A stretch of 64,000 nucleotides of DNA from assembly GCA_024704765.1 (NCBI GenBank), contig JAKMXF010000099.1, positions 796,419 to 860,418 of the forward strand, in the 5' to 3' direction. Positions within the stretch are counted from its first letter, which is position 1. Every line of letters starts with the position of its first letter. This document shows positions 12,701 through 25,824 of this stretch, in pieces. The translations under genes and the position numbers were made by a program. The notes under the pieces were generated by a model that saw only the letters and a program-made list of their open reading frames with translations, searched no databases and was not told the origin of the DNA. The DNA is from Oopsacas minuta. Lineage: Eukaryota; Animalia; Porifera.

Positions 12701-13329
12701 TTTAACCATTAGTAGCTGAAAGTCGCCCTTCTTGCGCAGCTTCTGCTAACTCCTGCGAAACGCTTTTTCTAGGTGTCTTCGGCCCCTTTACAAATTTATC
12801 ATTGAATAGTAGAAGTAAGCGCGGGCGTTGGACCTATGCGGATTGCGAACATTTCGTGCTGTTGATCTTCTGGTATTACTTGCAATTTTATGTATCTTCT
12901 GTTGATACGTTTAGATATTAAGACCTCATATATGACATGTATACTCGTAGTGAGATCTAGTTATTATCTGGTAATCAGTAAATTATGCAAGGGATAACGT
13001 TAAGCGTGGTTAGTAGTAATAGTGACCGAAATAGTTTTCCGCTGAATGTTATGGTCAGTTATTCTACCAACCGAATGATTAAAAAAGATTCAATACAGTT
13101 AAACTGCTAATATTTAGGAAATAATGTAGCCTCAAACAACATTCGGAACAACTATTCGATTTCTGTTGAATACCAATATTCGGAAATATTCAGTTTGTCG
13201 ATCACTAGTTGGTAGATTTAAAAGTTAATGACCCGATCTTTCAAGAACACGTATCACAATATAAAGATGCTTTAGACACGGTATTAATGTCCACGTTAGC
13301 ACAATAACAATGAACCCATTCAGAGCAGT

Positions 13330-14910
13330 TGTCACATTATATCCAATCGGATTGATTCTTTCTAAGTTTCCTCTTTGTCACAGGTTCTGGTTCTATCTTG
13401 TGGTATATACTACACAGGGTATCCGACTCGTCAGAGCTGCTGGCTGAGCTAGAAGACCAAGTGGGAACAGGAGAAACGCCACGCTCTCTCGCACTTGTCT
13501 TCACTCCAGTAACTCCTCTACCTGTTATACTGATCTGCCCCGAATCCGGACACATTTCCTCCTTGGGGAATTCTCAGCCCAAACTGCCTCCCTTTATACC
13601 TTCTTCCACCTTCTACTTTCAACAGGGCACCCTCTCTTTGTTGCATGAATAGTCTCGCTCTTCTTCTTCGTCTTTGATAATTCGACTTCTTCTGAGCTAA
13701 TCGAGGATAATCTGACCAGTATTCTCGTTTAAGAATTGCACTATAAATCTGCCAAGAGGGAGACAGGCCAAGGTCAGTCAGGATTCTGAATAGTGAAAGT
13801 CCAACGTCGTTAAAGGTTAGGACAGCTATAGCAATACTAACCCTAAATAGATTGTGGTGGTAAGTACTTGTATTTGGGACAGAGACTCCATATTGTTTTA
13901 TAGAAGGATTCGTTATCATTTTGAGTCAGTCTTAATGTCAGATGGTTACGGGATTCTTCTGTCGCATAAGTATTGAATACTTCTTCCACCATTCTATGTC
14001 AATTGGTTTGAAGATTGTCAGAGCAGTATGTGCTGAAGAACCTGATAGGTTTCTCCACCAACACCATGATTTCTCCAGTAGGACAGCCAGAATGGTCCCC
14101 TACCACATTATCAACCAGTATATGTAGAGCAGAACACAGCTTGATTGATGCTAAACCACGGTGTTGCTAGATGACAGTAGAGTAATTTGGTCTTCCAAGA
14201 GCTATCGAAGCTGACGGTTACTTTGGTAGCGTTAAACCAGGTGCTACTTCACTCTGATCTTTGGGGTAACTGTTTAGCGGCATCATATATGGCAGTCCCT
14301 TTCGGACGGTTTAGATATGGAGATGCCTTGCTCTGAACTGGTGGGGCATATCAAATATTGTAGATAGTTTGTGAAAATTACGTTACGAAATAGCAGTAAA
14401 GTGTACAGCCATAGTACTCTACTGGTATTTATGAATCCATGAATCCATATTTCTTCGTAAAGGGAAAGACTCTCAACAGATTCGCTCCAATAAATGTTAG
14501 AGAATACCTCTGCTAGGATGCCTAAATCAAGAATTCCCATGCCAGTTGGTCTGTGAATTTCTCTCTTCTCATGAACCTGAAGGTAGTAACACAGGTTTGG
14601 AATGCGAAATTTTGCAACGTAGCCTCCGCGTGTGAGTACCTTTAGGTATTGCGATTCTTTGCCCTATGAGGTTTCGGGCAAAGCGGTATTATCAGGTCTT
14701 GCACATCAGTAAAAGATGGTGTTTAAGTTGTATACATATTTCCATAGAAGCGACGCTTTCAAGGGTGTCTCATGCATTTATCAACTCGAAGACACTCTTG
14801 TTCTTGAGATGTTGTAGGAGACAATCCAAGTGAGGTGAATGCTTGGGAAATCCCTGGATAAGTGTTGACTACGAGCTGTCTGAGATGTAGATACAGATTG
14901 AGGAGGACAT
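13330..14910 (-). mobile_element. internally deleted PF20700-type (Mutator-like/Kolobok-like) DDE transposase remnant
   Basis: Minus-strand motifs VTVSFDSSW, HSGCPTGEKSWC, LTQNDNESFYKTIWSLCPKYKY, RVSIAIAVLTFND.G and EGGRRYKG..FG match this family's motif order as I recall it. Confidence 0.6.
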
Positions 14911-14964
14911 AAAGGCAAGGTAGGTTCCAGGGGAGGTACAGGAGGTGATGAAATATAGGAGATA

Positions 14965-15269
14965 CAGTCGAACCTCCGAGATTCGAACCTTCAAGATAGG
15001 GGCAACTCCTTCAACCGGGCACCTGTATTTTATATCAGTCTAAAAGAATTTCACCATTTCATATAATTCCCCTCATACTAACTTTGACTTCAGTTACTAT
15101 ATTTTATATTGGATTACTTTTGTATACAGTATATAAATAAATAACAGAATTCGAATACCTAAGGGAACTCATATGTACATTATGGGTTGTAACTACCATA
15201 GAGTTAATGTTATTTCCGAGATCCGGGCACCCTCTGGTCCCACACTGCCAGGATCTCGGAGGTTTACTG
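14965..15269. mobile_element. pogo/Tigger-type MITE
   Basis: TIR cagtcgaacctccgagat / atctcggaggtttactg with TA TSD. Confidence 0.88.
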
Positions 15270-15949
15270 TATCCTGAAACTGAAAATTGTGATGAGTCTG
15301 AGAATTCACTCTGCATTTTGAGGACATGGCTTCATAACTCGAACTTGATTCATTTGACGTCATCTGAGACAGTGCAAATTATATAAATTGATATGTCATA
15401 AGGTCCCTCAATAGTATACGAGCCCCAAACCGAACCGTCATGACCCCCCTAGCGCATCATAGCTACACGCTTCTGAATGTTCGGATTGGCGCAGAGCCGG
15501 CAAGACTAGACACAAAGAATGAGGTGAAGTTGGCTCCGAAACAAATCGAGCACATAATAGTGAACATCTTATCAAAAAGTACGATGAGCAACCACCGACC
15601 TCCAAGCATATAGAGTAGCTATAGGTATTCGCTACTTCGGTGTTGGTGCTGGTGTTTGGTAATTAGCAACCCTGCAGAGCGTTCGTTAATGCGCTAACAG
15701 CTCACCGTATAAGAATAAAATTAGTAATCACGATATATACTTCCGAAAACACGAGAAATACTACTAGTGGGTGTATAAGAATGAGTCAATTTGGCAAATA
15801 CGCCTATATTAGAAATTGCAATTACATGTAAATGTACATTATGTAATTATCGTGTTTATCAAGGAGGTAATATAACTCAATAAACCTCCAACAAATATAT
15901 CTAACATGCTGAAGCCGATTTTCACACTTTGATTAATCACATGTAAATA

Positions 15950-16420
15950 TGTTGATATATTTATGAATCTAAAAGTAAACAAATTGGCCAAATTTTCGAA
16001 TATAAATACAGGCTTGCTCTAAACGGCTACCCAGGATTCTCTAGTCTCTCATAGGCAAAATTGTTGTTTTATGAATATAAAGTAAACAAATAGCTGAAAT
16101 CTCCAAATATACGTAGATACTAGCTCTCAACAGACATATACGGTAATCAGGTACGCTAAATCCGAATTTTGAAATTATAAGTCTTTCATATGCAAATTTA
16201 TTGTTGTTTTTATGAATATAAAGTTACTAATAGTTGAAATCCTAAAATATACGCAGAGACCTGCTGTTATCGGCTACCAAAGGATAACAAAGTAAGCTGA
16301 AACTGATTATTGGCATTTTCAAATTTCTCTTATGTAAAGTTATTTGTTGTTTATATGACTATTACAGTGAACAAATAGTAGAAATCTTAACAATTACGCA
16401 GAGACCTGCTCAGGTATTCC
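15950..16420. repeat. four diverged ~140-bp tandem units
   Basis: The unit ttgttgttttatgaatataaagtaaacaaatag..gaaatc....aatatacg.aga...gctc recurs at about 15955, 16060, 16200 and 16340. Related copies lie at ~20440-20610 and, inverted, at ~22520. Confidence 0.75.
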
Positions 16421-16441
16421 ACATCGTAAGAGAAGGTATAA

Positions 16442-16618
16442 AAGTTGTATACAGTATAGCCATAGAACAACGCTTTCGAGGGCGTCCCATGCATTTATCA
16501 ACTCGAAGACAATCTTGTTCTTGAAATGTTGTAGGAGACAATCCAAGTGGGTGAATGCTTGGGAGATCCCTGGATAAGTTGGACTAACTGGTGTCTGAGA
16601 TGTAGATTCAGATTGAGG
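16442..16618. repeat. second copy of a ~180-bp segment also at 14725-14908
   Basis: Shared ...cgctttc.agg...catgcatttatcaactcgaagaca.tcttgttcttga.atgttgtaggagacaatccaagtg...gtctgagatgtagat.cagattgagg. Confidence 0.85.
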
Positions 16619-17365
16619 GAAACCTACCGGTCCTAAACCGAACCGTCACTCCCCCTCCTTGCGGCTCATACCTACACGCAGTAGTGTCGAGAATGTGGCC
16701 AGGGGTGCAAAAATTTAGTGAGCACGGGCCTAGGGTCGGATCTCACTAGATTTTCCCTCTCTCCCACCTAATACAGGTCCGGCGTTTCTAGAATCAATTC
16801 AAACCTTCATGCGAGTTTTCAAAAATTATACCTATTTATGTTATATCCCAGTATAGAGCTCGCATTTCCTCTTTACATTGGAAAGAACCATGTATACCCT
16901 ACAAATATTTCTCGCTCGTTGCGCTCCGAGTTCAGATAGTCAATGTACACTTGAATAATTTGGAAAGGAGAAACATGTGATTATATAGACTGTAACGGAA
17001 ATCCCTCTACACTTAAATAAGAACTGTTGATTTACACCACATAATGTACATACTTTAGGAGTTTAGATTATTGCGCTCATAATCAGTTAGTGTCTCAACT
17101 AAAATTCATGTACAAATCTACTAAATCCCTGTACGTCTGTACAGAGCAACAGATATATGCAGAATCTTGTACGATTAGCCATTAGCAGTAAGTATATGCC
17201 AGGAATGCCAACTGTAGCAATTGTTTTTGATTTCCAAAGCAATTCATTTAGCGAGATAGCATTGACTTAAAAACTTGATTGACACAATGTACCAGTAACT
17301 TCCAAATGTAAGACAATATTTGTGTGAAATATACCGTGGACCCGGATACAAATTTTACACAGGTC

Positions 17366-19875
17366 TGACAGTTCTGTATAACGACAGATGAGAATAGAAT
17401 AATTGAAAACAATAGTTGATATGGATGGAATGTGAACACATTCCTGTGTTGCTAAGGAAAGGTCTGTTTATTTATAGAAGCTATAACTCAGAACCTATGA
17501 ATGCTATGGCCCTCAACTTTATGCCAATAGTTCCGCAATAGTCAACTTCCTATTTACTAATAATATATTTCATTAGATTTCAGTTGATATTTGAGATATT
17601 TCGACATTTGCACATATTATATGACTACCATCTATATAACAACTGTCAATTTATCTTAGAGGGTATGAACAAAAGCAGATAAACTATGTTATTTGTGAAT
17701 AGGATGTTGACTATTACAGAACTACTGGTATACATTTTAGGACCAAATCACTCATAGTTTTTGAGCTATAACTAAAACAAATGAAAAAGGTTCTCTTGGC
17801 AACACAGGACTCTGTTCACATTCGATTCATATCAACTACAGGGTGTAACAAAAGTCTTGGCCGGTTCTCAATCGTAGATGGATTTAATATATACTAGTAA
17901 TTATAGCATACAACGGAAATGCTAGTTGACTGATAGTTACTATATAGTAACTACATTTATACTATAGGCATATTGAATATCTACAACACTGCTCTCGAAT
18001 TTCTTTTAGCATATTTACCTTACCAGTTTGTTTCGGGAAAATGAATGTCGGTGATCACGGAGTCGAGCGCCGTTCTAAAGCAATTGGGAAGCTTGAAGGA
18101 GGCATTAGTCAAAAATAGGTAGCTACACGTCGAAATGTGGGAATAAGATCAGTACGGAGATGGTGGAGTCAACACAAATGTGGTGAGACTATGGAGACTA
18201 AGCCTCGATGTGGACGGCCTCAAATTTTGAAACGGGTATCACGAATTGTGATTAAGAAATCCTTGGAGAAAAGGAGGTAATCAACCCGAAAATTTTTGAG
18301 GAGACTATCCATCAGGAAACCCCATATCTCACATGACAATTCAGCGGCACTTAGCACAAAGGCTTGATGCCAGATCCTATAAACGTCCCAAATGGCCAAA
18401 AATTACACAAAAAATCAAGGAAAATCGATTGAAATTCACTCGGGATCATGATAATTGGTCTTTTGAAGATTAGAATAATATGTTCTGGTCTGATGAATCA
18501 GCCTTTGAGTTATTTCATTCGCCAAACAGACAGAATGATCGAGTATGGGCAATTGGTTGACAAAATATTGAGTCTATTTTTCAGGTCAAATTCCCAGCGA
18601 AATCATGGTCTGGGGAATGATGTCACACAGAGCGCTGTCAGAACTGCACATTGTACCCCAATAACCAACCGTCAATGGAACCTACTATAGGAACTAAATA
18701 TTGAAGAAAACCTGTCTGGATGCGATCGCTCGTAAAGCTAAAAGGGGTCAGTTATTGAGAGGTCCATGTTGGAAACATGTGAGAATTTCTGTTCATGCAG
18801 GATGGTGCCCCCGCACACACAACCAATGTCACGCAGCATTGGTGTTCAGAGAAGTTCCCTCGGTTTTGGAAGAAAGGGGAGTAGCCAGCTATTTCTCCCA
18901 ACTTGAATCCGATTGAAAATCTTTGGGGTATTACATATGAACGGTTGGATGAAATGGGCCAGGTCACCACGATTCAGGCCCTAATTGCAAACCTAAAAAC
19001 GGCATGGAAGACGATTTCACCGAACTTACTTCGAAACCTGGTGAATGGGATGCCTAATCGAATGAAATTAGTTTTAGAGAGATGGTGATTATATTGGTAA
19101 ATAATTAGATATTGTGACCTTGAAATATTTTATGTGAGCCACCATAATACAACCGGCCAAGACTTTTGTTACACCCTGTATTGTTTTAAAATATAATATT
19201 CGCCTCGGTCATTATATACAACTGTCAAGCACTAAAACACCGTGAACAAGGTTAAACATTGTTTGAGAAGCAACATTATTCGTTTTAAAAATAGCTCTTG
19301 CGAAATCACATGATGAGAAATCATATTTCACAATCGAAATACATACTTCGCTATCACATCCCTATATGTCCTAAAATACATACCTCTGCTCTAGAACATA
19401 TATTTCTGGAGATATGTGATAAAAGCATTTCCTGTTGGCCTTTCGTTTTCAAGCCTTCTTGGTGTCATATACAGTATTATATTTAAGTAGACCTTAGGCC
19501 ATGCTGCGCCATTTAGTATGTTACTTAAGCTAAGAGTCCCCGAAAATTTGGCTGCATAACAAGGAATAGAGGCATTCATGAAGAAAAAATTATTTACACC
19601 CATAACCTTAGGAAATGGAATTATTCATTATTGGACTATGGATAAAATATAGAAAATGGAACTGAACAAAAATCTTAGAAGCTAAGTTTAAGAATTAACT
19701 ATTGGGAATATATTTCGACTCTCATGAAAGGCTATGCAATATGTAGACTGGTATTCAATTATTAAATTACAGATAATTCCTTATGCAAAAGAAGAAGCTA
19801 CTTATCAAGGGCTACTAAAGAAGGAAACGAAGTAGGAGTCTTTAATTTAACAAAATTCTTGATATTTTGGCCGTT
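17366..19875. mobile_element. non-autonomous element with long inverted repeats, interrupted by the DD37E Tc1; uninterrupted inverted copy at ~39850-40800
   Basis: gttgatatggatggaatgtgaacacattcctgtgttgctaagg pairs with cttggcaacacaggactctgttcacattcgattcatatcaac. Segments 19240-19875 match the reverse complement of 39850-40450. Confidence 0.7.
17839..19178 (+). mobile_element. Tc1-like DD37E transposon, decayed
   Basis: TIR cagggtgtaacaaaagtcttggccggt at both ends with TA TSD. WSDES motif, and QDGAPAHT...ISPNLNPIENLWG with 37 codons between D and E, including one TAG. Confidence 0.93.
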
Positions 19876-20126
19876 TTGGAGGTCGTGTCTTATCACCCCT
19901 CTCTTAGAGTGAAATTTGTAATGTAAAGTAAAACGAGTAGTATATACTATTTGTTCATTCATTAGTATAGAGTTACACCAAAGGATTCTTCATGCATGCT
20001 AATACTGTTGCCAGAAAAAGTCTTCAAAATTATTTCTATTAATGTTATAGGCATTTGAATTTGAATATATAAAGATTATGATTTGTTCTTTGATGTCAAT
20101 TGAAAGCTACCTGTGTTATTCATATA

Positions 20127-20308
20127 CAGTAGAACCTCGTTAATACGTACGCCAAGGGACCGTCGAGATTTGTACTCCTTATATGAAGTAGGTGTTAACC
20201 GGAGCATAAACAATTGAAAACTCATTTTACAGACTAAAATTGTGTAAATACAGTTCTTCTTAACCGGAAATTCGTATTAAATGTGTTCGTATTAACGCGG
20301 TTTCACTG
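20127..20308. mobile_element. pogo/Tigger-type MITE
   Basis: TIR cagtagaacctcgttaatac / gtattaacgcggtttcactg. Confidence 0.8.
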
Positions 20309-20956
20309 TGTTCGAGATTCGTAGAAATTAGACATCAAAGCATAAATATGTGATTACTAATAGTCAATTGTTATGCATTATTATAACTTTCTTAAGCACT
20401 ACTAGTAGATTGTTATTACGTCACATTTATTAGAATCCTTAAAATAGTCGTAGATATTTGTTTTAAAACGGCTGTCCATGTGTAATCAATCCCGCGAATC
20501 CGAATTTCGCATTTTCTATTTTCTCAAATGTATATTTATTGTTGATTTTATGAATATAAGGTAAACACAGATTTCGAATCTTAATTTAATAATAGATTTG
20601 CTCTCAACGGATATATGAGGGTGACAAATTTTGATGAATCAATGGCCTAAGGAACAAAATATAATTCGTCCGCAAAGGGGGGTGATTTGAGATTATTTAA
20701 AAATAATATATCGGGGATAGAGTATTATATGACACAGGTGCTACCAGTCCAGATTGTACTTTTATCCTGACAACTTTTTGATATTATTTATCGTCATTCT
20801 TATGAATGTATAGTACACAGATAGTTGAATTATCAAAAGTTTAGGGGAGTTCCCATTCCAGGATGTTTTTGTATTATTACATAGTTTGAGTCCAATTCTA
20901 ATTGAAAATGTGTCCCGATTAAACGAAGTGAACTGTATAGGGTAATTAAGTATGTT

Positions 20957-22519
20957 GAATCCGAATATCGCATATTTGAGTATCTTATGTTTAAGTTTAT
21001 TGTTGTACTTTGGACATTCAAAAAGGTCCATCTTTGTTGAATATCTGGATAATACAACCACTTACTAATCAAAATTCTACAAAAAACGTTGGAAATACTC
21101 CCCCTCTACATCTATGCATAGTTGTAGCTTTTCAACCCACTTTGAAAATGATTTTGTGTACTCGTCTCTGTCTACTGAATTGAGGTAGTGTTAAAGTCAG
21201 TTTCCTAGCTCTTGTCGGGTATGAAATAGCAACCTCCGAGATATTTTTCAGCTCAAGAAATAGCTAGAAATCACCAGGTGATAAATTTGGGGAATACGGA
21301 TGATGTTTCATCGTTTCAAACCCGATATCCTCAATGACTTCCCTAACATATTTTGAAACATGAAGTCTGGCATTATCGTGGAGAAGTTTGATTCCTCGAG
21401 TTCTTGAACGTTGACGTCGTGTTTTATAGAGTTTCTCGACTTCTCTTAGGCATATATCTGCGTAAAATTCTCCATTGATTCGTTCCCATTTAGGCACTGG
21501 TATTTGAGCCACTGGCCCATACGCATCAAAAAATATCTCTAGAGAACCTTATCGTCTCGGAAGTCCGGACGTACCTTTTCGGGGGGATGATAACGGGGCG
21601 CATGCAATAGGTCAAATTTTGATGTTGTCGATATAGAGAATTCATTTTGGCTATGCAGTCGATATATTGAATTGTATTTTTGCTATGTTGTCAATAGATC
21701 GAATTGTATTTCAGCTATGTTGCCGATAGTTCGAATTTACTGATTGATAACAAATGAATAATCTTGAAAATCATAATACTGAATGAAGAGGATGAAATAG
21801 AATGAAAAACATAATAATGAATGACATAGCTAAAATATTTCGATCTATCACAACATCAAAATTTCCTATTGCATGCCGCCCGTTATTATCCCCTCGAAAA
21901 GGCACGTCCGGACTTCCGAGACGATAAGGTTCTCTAGAGATATTTTTTGATGCGTATGGACCAGTGGCTCAAATACCAGTGCCTAAATGGGAACGAATCA
22001 ATGGAGAATTTTACGCAGATATATGCCTAAGAGAAGTCGAGAAACTCTATAAAACACGACGTCAACGTTCAAGAACTCGAGGAATCAAACTTCTCCACGA
22101 TAATGCCAGACTTCATGTTTCAAAATATGTTAGGGAAGTCATTGAGGATATCGGGTTTGAAACGATGAAACATCATCCGTATTCCCCAAATTTATCACCT
22201 GGTGATTTCTAGCTATTTCTTGAGCTGAAAAATATCTCGGAGGTTGCTATTTCATACCCGACAAGAGCTAGGAAACTGACTTTAACACTACCTCAATTCA
22301 GTAGACAGAGACGAGTACACAAAATCATTCTCAAAGTGGGTTGAAAAGCTACAACTATGCATAGATGTAGAGGGGGAGTATTTCCAACGTTTTTTGTAGA
22401 ATTTTGATTAGTAAGTGGTTGTATTATCCAGATATTCAACAAAGATGGACCTTTTTGAATGTCCAAAGTACGACAATAAACTTAAACATAAGATACTCAA
22501 ATATGCGAAATTCGGATTC
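20957..22519. repeat. large inverted repeat (arms ~20957-21655 and ~21826-22519) containing the 3' half of a DD34D mariner
   Basis: ORFs 21264-21512(-) and 21964-22212(+) encode identical peptides (LLHDNARLH...PYSPNLSPGDF). I found only three substitutions in the ~580-bp core of the arms. Confidence 0.95.
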
Positions 22520-22632
22520 GTGGGCTTGATTACGCATGGTAGCCGTTTACAACAAATATCTACGACTATTGTATTTTTCAACTATTCACTGACTACATCT
22601 ATAATGATGAAATACGTTGATTTATATGAGTA

Positions 22633-23817
22633 CAGGGCCGCATTAAGGGTCTTCTGGGCCTTGGTGAGGACCAAAATTTTGGGCCCCCATGTGTCTTACA
22701 TCGAACCGACCCCACAGTTTTCAGAATCAAATTAGCCCACAATATATTCGTCCTATATAAACGCACACAACAGAAACAACTTTTTACATAGGCTTTATAC
22801 GGCACTTATCTTGCGAGTTCATCTATCGCAATTCTGAAATCAAGCTTGCTCAACATCTCGTGCTCTATGATCATAAGGGTATGGCCAAACATTGTTGGCC
22901 CATGGTCGATAGTAATTGCTTCTTGGTTCGAGCCAGGTTTGCAAAGGAGCGCTCACCTTCACAGTTTGTAATCGTCATACAGAGGTAGATGCGAAACATT
23001 ATGTAGGTTCTGAAATGTCTGATCTAAGCATAGTTCTGTGAGTAAAGGAATAAACGCAGCTCGTAGCCAATTTTAACTTCTGGTTCTTTAGAAGCCAAGA
23101 CCCACTAACCCTGTTCTGATTTAACAAAACTAACGAACTGAATTAGCTCAACAGAGAGATTATCCTCCCAAACTTCTGGGTATTAGCGAACCAGCAGCTC
23201 AGCTGCAACTGTGATATCACCACTTGAAGACTTGTGGAGATTGCTGAGGAAAGCTGTACTTGGCGCAGATGGCTTCGTAGGCATTCAGCCGATGCTGCAG
23301 TGCGCTTAGTGTGCTGTCCATGATAGAAAAGAATCTCTACCCAAAACCGTTCCCTGGGTCCAGGACTGCTTCCTCTCCTGTTCCAAACTCCCATTGAACA
23401 TTCCTCTTTCACACACGCTTCTTTTCTGCCGTATATTCTTCATGTCCAACTCGCTCTACGCCACAGGCCTCAAAACGGTGGAACTGGTTCCTCTGTCATA
23501 TCTGTATCATAAACTCACTAATATCACTTTGTTCTGGTGACTGAGATTGATTATTGTGAAACTATTGATAACAAATTTTAATCTAATGAAGTACCCATTA
23601 CCTTCCGAAAATCCTCATATTACACCATTTGGGGTAATCACCCTAGCTGGTATTGTATAATCAAGTATGTGCAATCTCTTATCATACTGCAGCGGGCATC
23701 TTCCGTTTGGCTCTTTTGCGAATCTACAAGAGAGAAATTTCTCCAGGCCGGCTATGACTATGCCTGAGCGGGCCCGGGTGATGCAGCATCCATAGCTTCC
23801 CCCTTAATACGGCCTTG
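22633..23817 (-). mobile_element. internally deleted hAT element (ZMYM1/TTF-type C-terminal dimerisation domain remnant)
   Basis: TIR cagggccgcattaaggg / cccttaatacggccttg. The minus strand at ~22800-23000 reads MFRIYLCMTITNCEGERSFANLARTKKQLLSTMGQQ. Confidence 0.78.
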
Positions 23818-25824
23818 ACGGGATTTTGACAAATTATTATCATCTATGGTAACCACTGTAACTCAAAAACTTGCCAACTTTATCATGACCAATTTTTAAA
23901 AGTTTTACAAAACATCTTTACATCTTTTCGTACTCTAATTTTGAATTTTAAAAGATGCGAGATTTAACGTTCTACAGCTCATCAAAGATTAGCGATAATG
24001 CGTACTAAGCAAAGAAATTGGGACAAATTAAAAAATTGCTTTTTTGATTTGGAGACTTGATATTCTACATATCTATAATACATTTAGTTTGGGCATAAAT
24101 GTACTGTTTTGTGCGCTATGAAACCATTCTAGAATTTGACTCGACTATTGGTGATAGCGAATTAACATGTTTTAAGCACTTGATATTTCCAATTATACTC
24201 CGGTTTTATCAAATTTGATAAAATCAGTGCTAGAGTTCTGAAAATTTGGTTTTAAGTTGTTTGGGTGTAGGTTTCGTGCTAATATTACATTTTTCTAACC
24301 AATGTTGGATCATTTAGAATAAATTAGTGAATATATTTTTCAAGTGATATATTCAGCAAGGTTCATCCTGATTCTCAAGTGCCATACGCCTAAAATAGCA
24401 CCCACATTTTTTAATAGGAGCCGTAGAGACATATTAGCTGATATTCATGCGCCTATAGGCGCGCAGCATACGACTTGATAATACCTTGCATATCAGACTA
24501 GTGAATTCAAGGCACATAATGTTCAGTATATCCTATAGCTGGAGAGTAACTATCATGATGCCAAAAAAGTCAAATTTGAGTAAGGTGGGACTGTGGTTGA
24601 ATGGTATTACGTTTCATAATTTCACGTCAACACACAAACAGTCCTACAATAGAAACGGAAAATCAATAATGGACAAGGTTATGATTATATACTGAATGTA
24701 TTCAAGTTGAGTTGAGAATTAATTGAAAATCCGTGTGCGGATTTTATTGGAGAATATATAATTATTTTCTAACAAACTGACGGAGTGTGTAACGATAACC
24801 ACCACAGTCGAGACGCGAATTGCAAAGCAAGACACAAAATATTTCCGCGAAGAATAGAAACGGCGAACGGCAAACTGCCGAACTACTTGGCTTGTCTCTA
24901 TCACGGTTTGGTATATAGATATATTATTCTTCTATTTAAATGCGGATAAATAGAAGAATAATATACATATATATATCAAACCATGACCTACGGAATATTT
25001 GGAGGCCATGGCACTGGTTCCGAAAATAGACCAAGGATGTGTGACTAGGTCGAATGGTATCTAAGGATATTTCAGAACAGCTCATTTTGCCCAATAATGC
25101 ATATTTGTTGAAGAAGAAATTGTACAGCACGATATGCAAATATATCTCAGGAATGTGGCAAAATATGTCTACTAAGCATTAAATAGGGAAAATTTCATTC
25201 TTTGATTCCTTGTAAAAACATAAGTATTGCATCATTCATCCCATGTCCGTATATGAATTGATCAATAGATAGTTTTATGCGAAATACCAAAATTGCACTA
25301 CAAAAGTTGGCTCGTTCTTGAGTTACTTTAGAGACCAGGGATGGCACATTTTTATGAATATCCAATTATATCTTATGTAATAATTAAAATTTTCTTAAAA
25401 TCTGGATAGCCAATAGGCAGTAAATACAAATATGCTATCCCTTGTCTGTAATTGTAACTCAAGAAATCGTCAACTTTGGTATTACAAATATTTCGTAAAG
25501 ATATCTATTGATTATTATATATATGTACATTGAAATGAAAGATGGAAGATTTAACGTTTTAGAAGGCATCAAAGAAACACATATTTTGCCAAATTCTTGA
25601 GATATTTTGGTATATCATACATGAAAATTTGTTCCTCTACTAGTATGGAATACATTTATAGTCGAAAATGAGCCGTTTCTGAAATAATAGTCACCCTAGA
25701 TATTAGCCGGCCTGGTCACATATCCCTGGCCCATTATTGGACGCCTTCTATTTCGTAGGTCACGATTAAACCTAAGGTGAGTACGTCAGAAATATAGATT
25801 ATTAATATTAATTTATAATTAAAG

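Noticed and set aside
21610-21745. ~32-bp repeats as a CRISPR array
   Set aside because: The units are contiguous with no unique spacers, there are no cas genes, and the context is eukaryotic.
24700-24920. Relatively GC-rich patch as a structured ncRNA or promoter
   Set aside because: No tRNA, snRNA or rRNA motif or clear stem pattern was recognised, and it lies 3' of the Roco-caspase gene.
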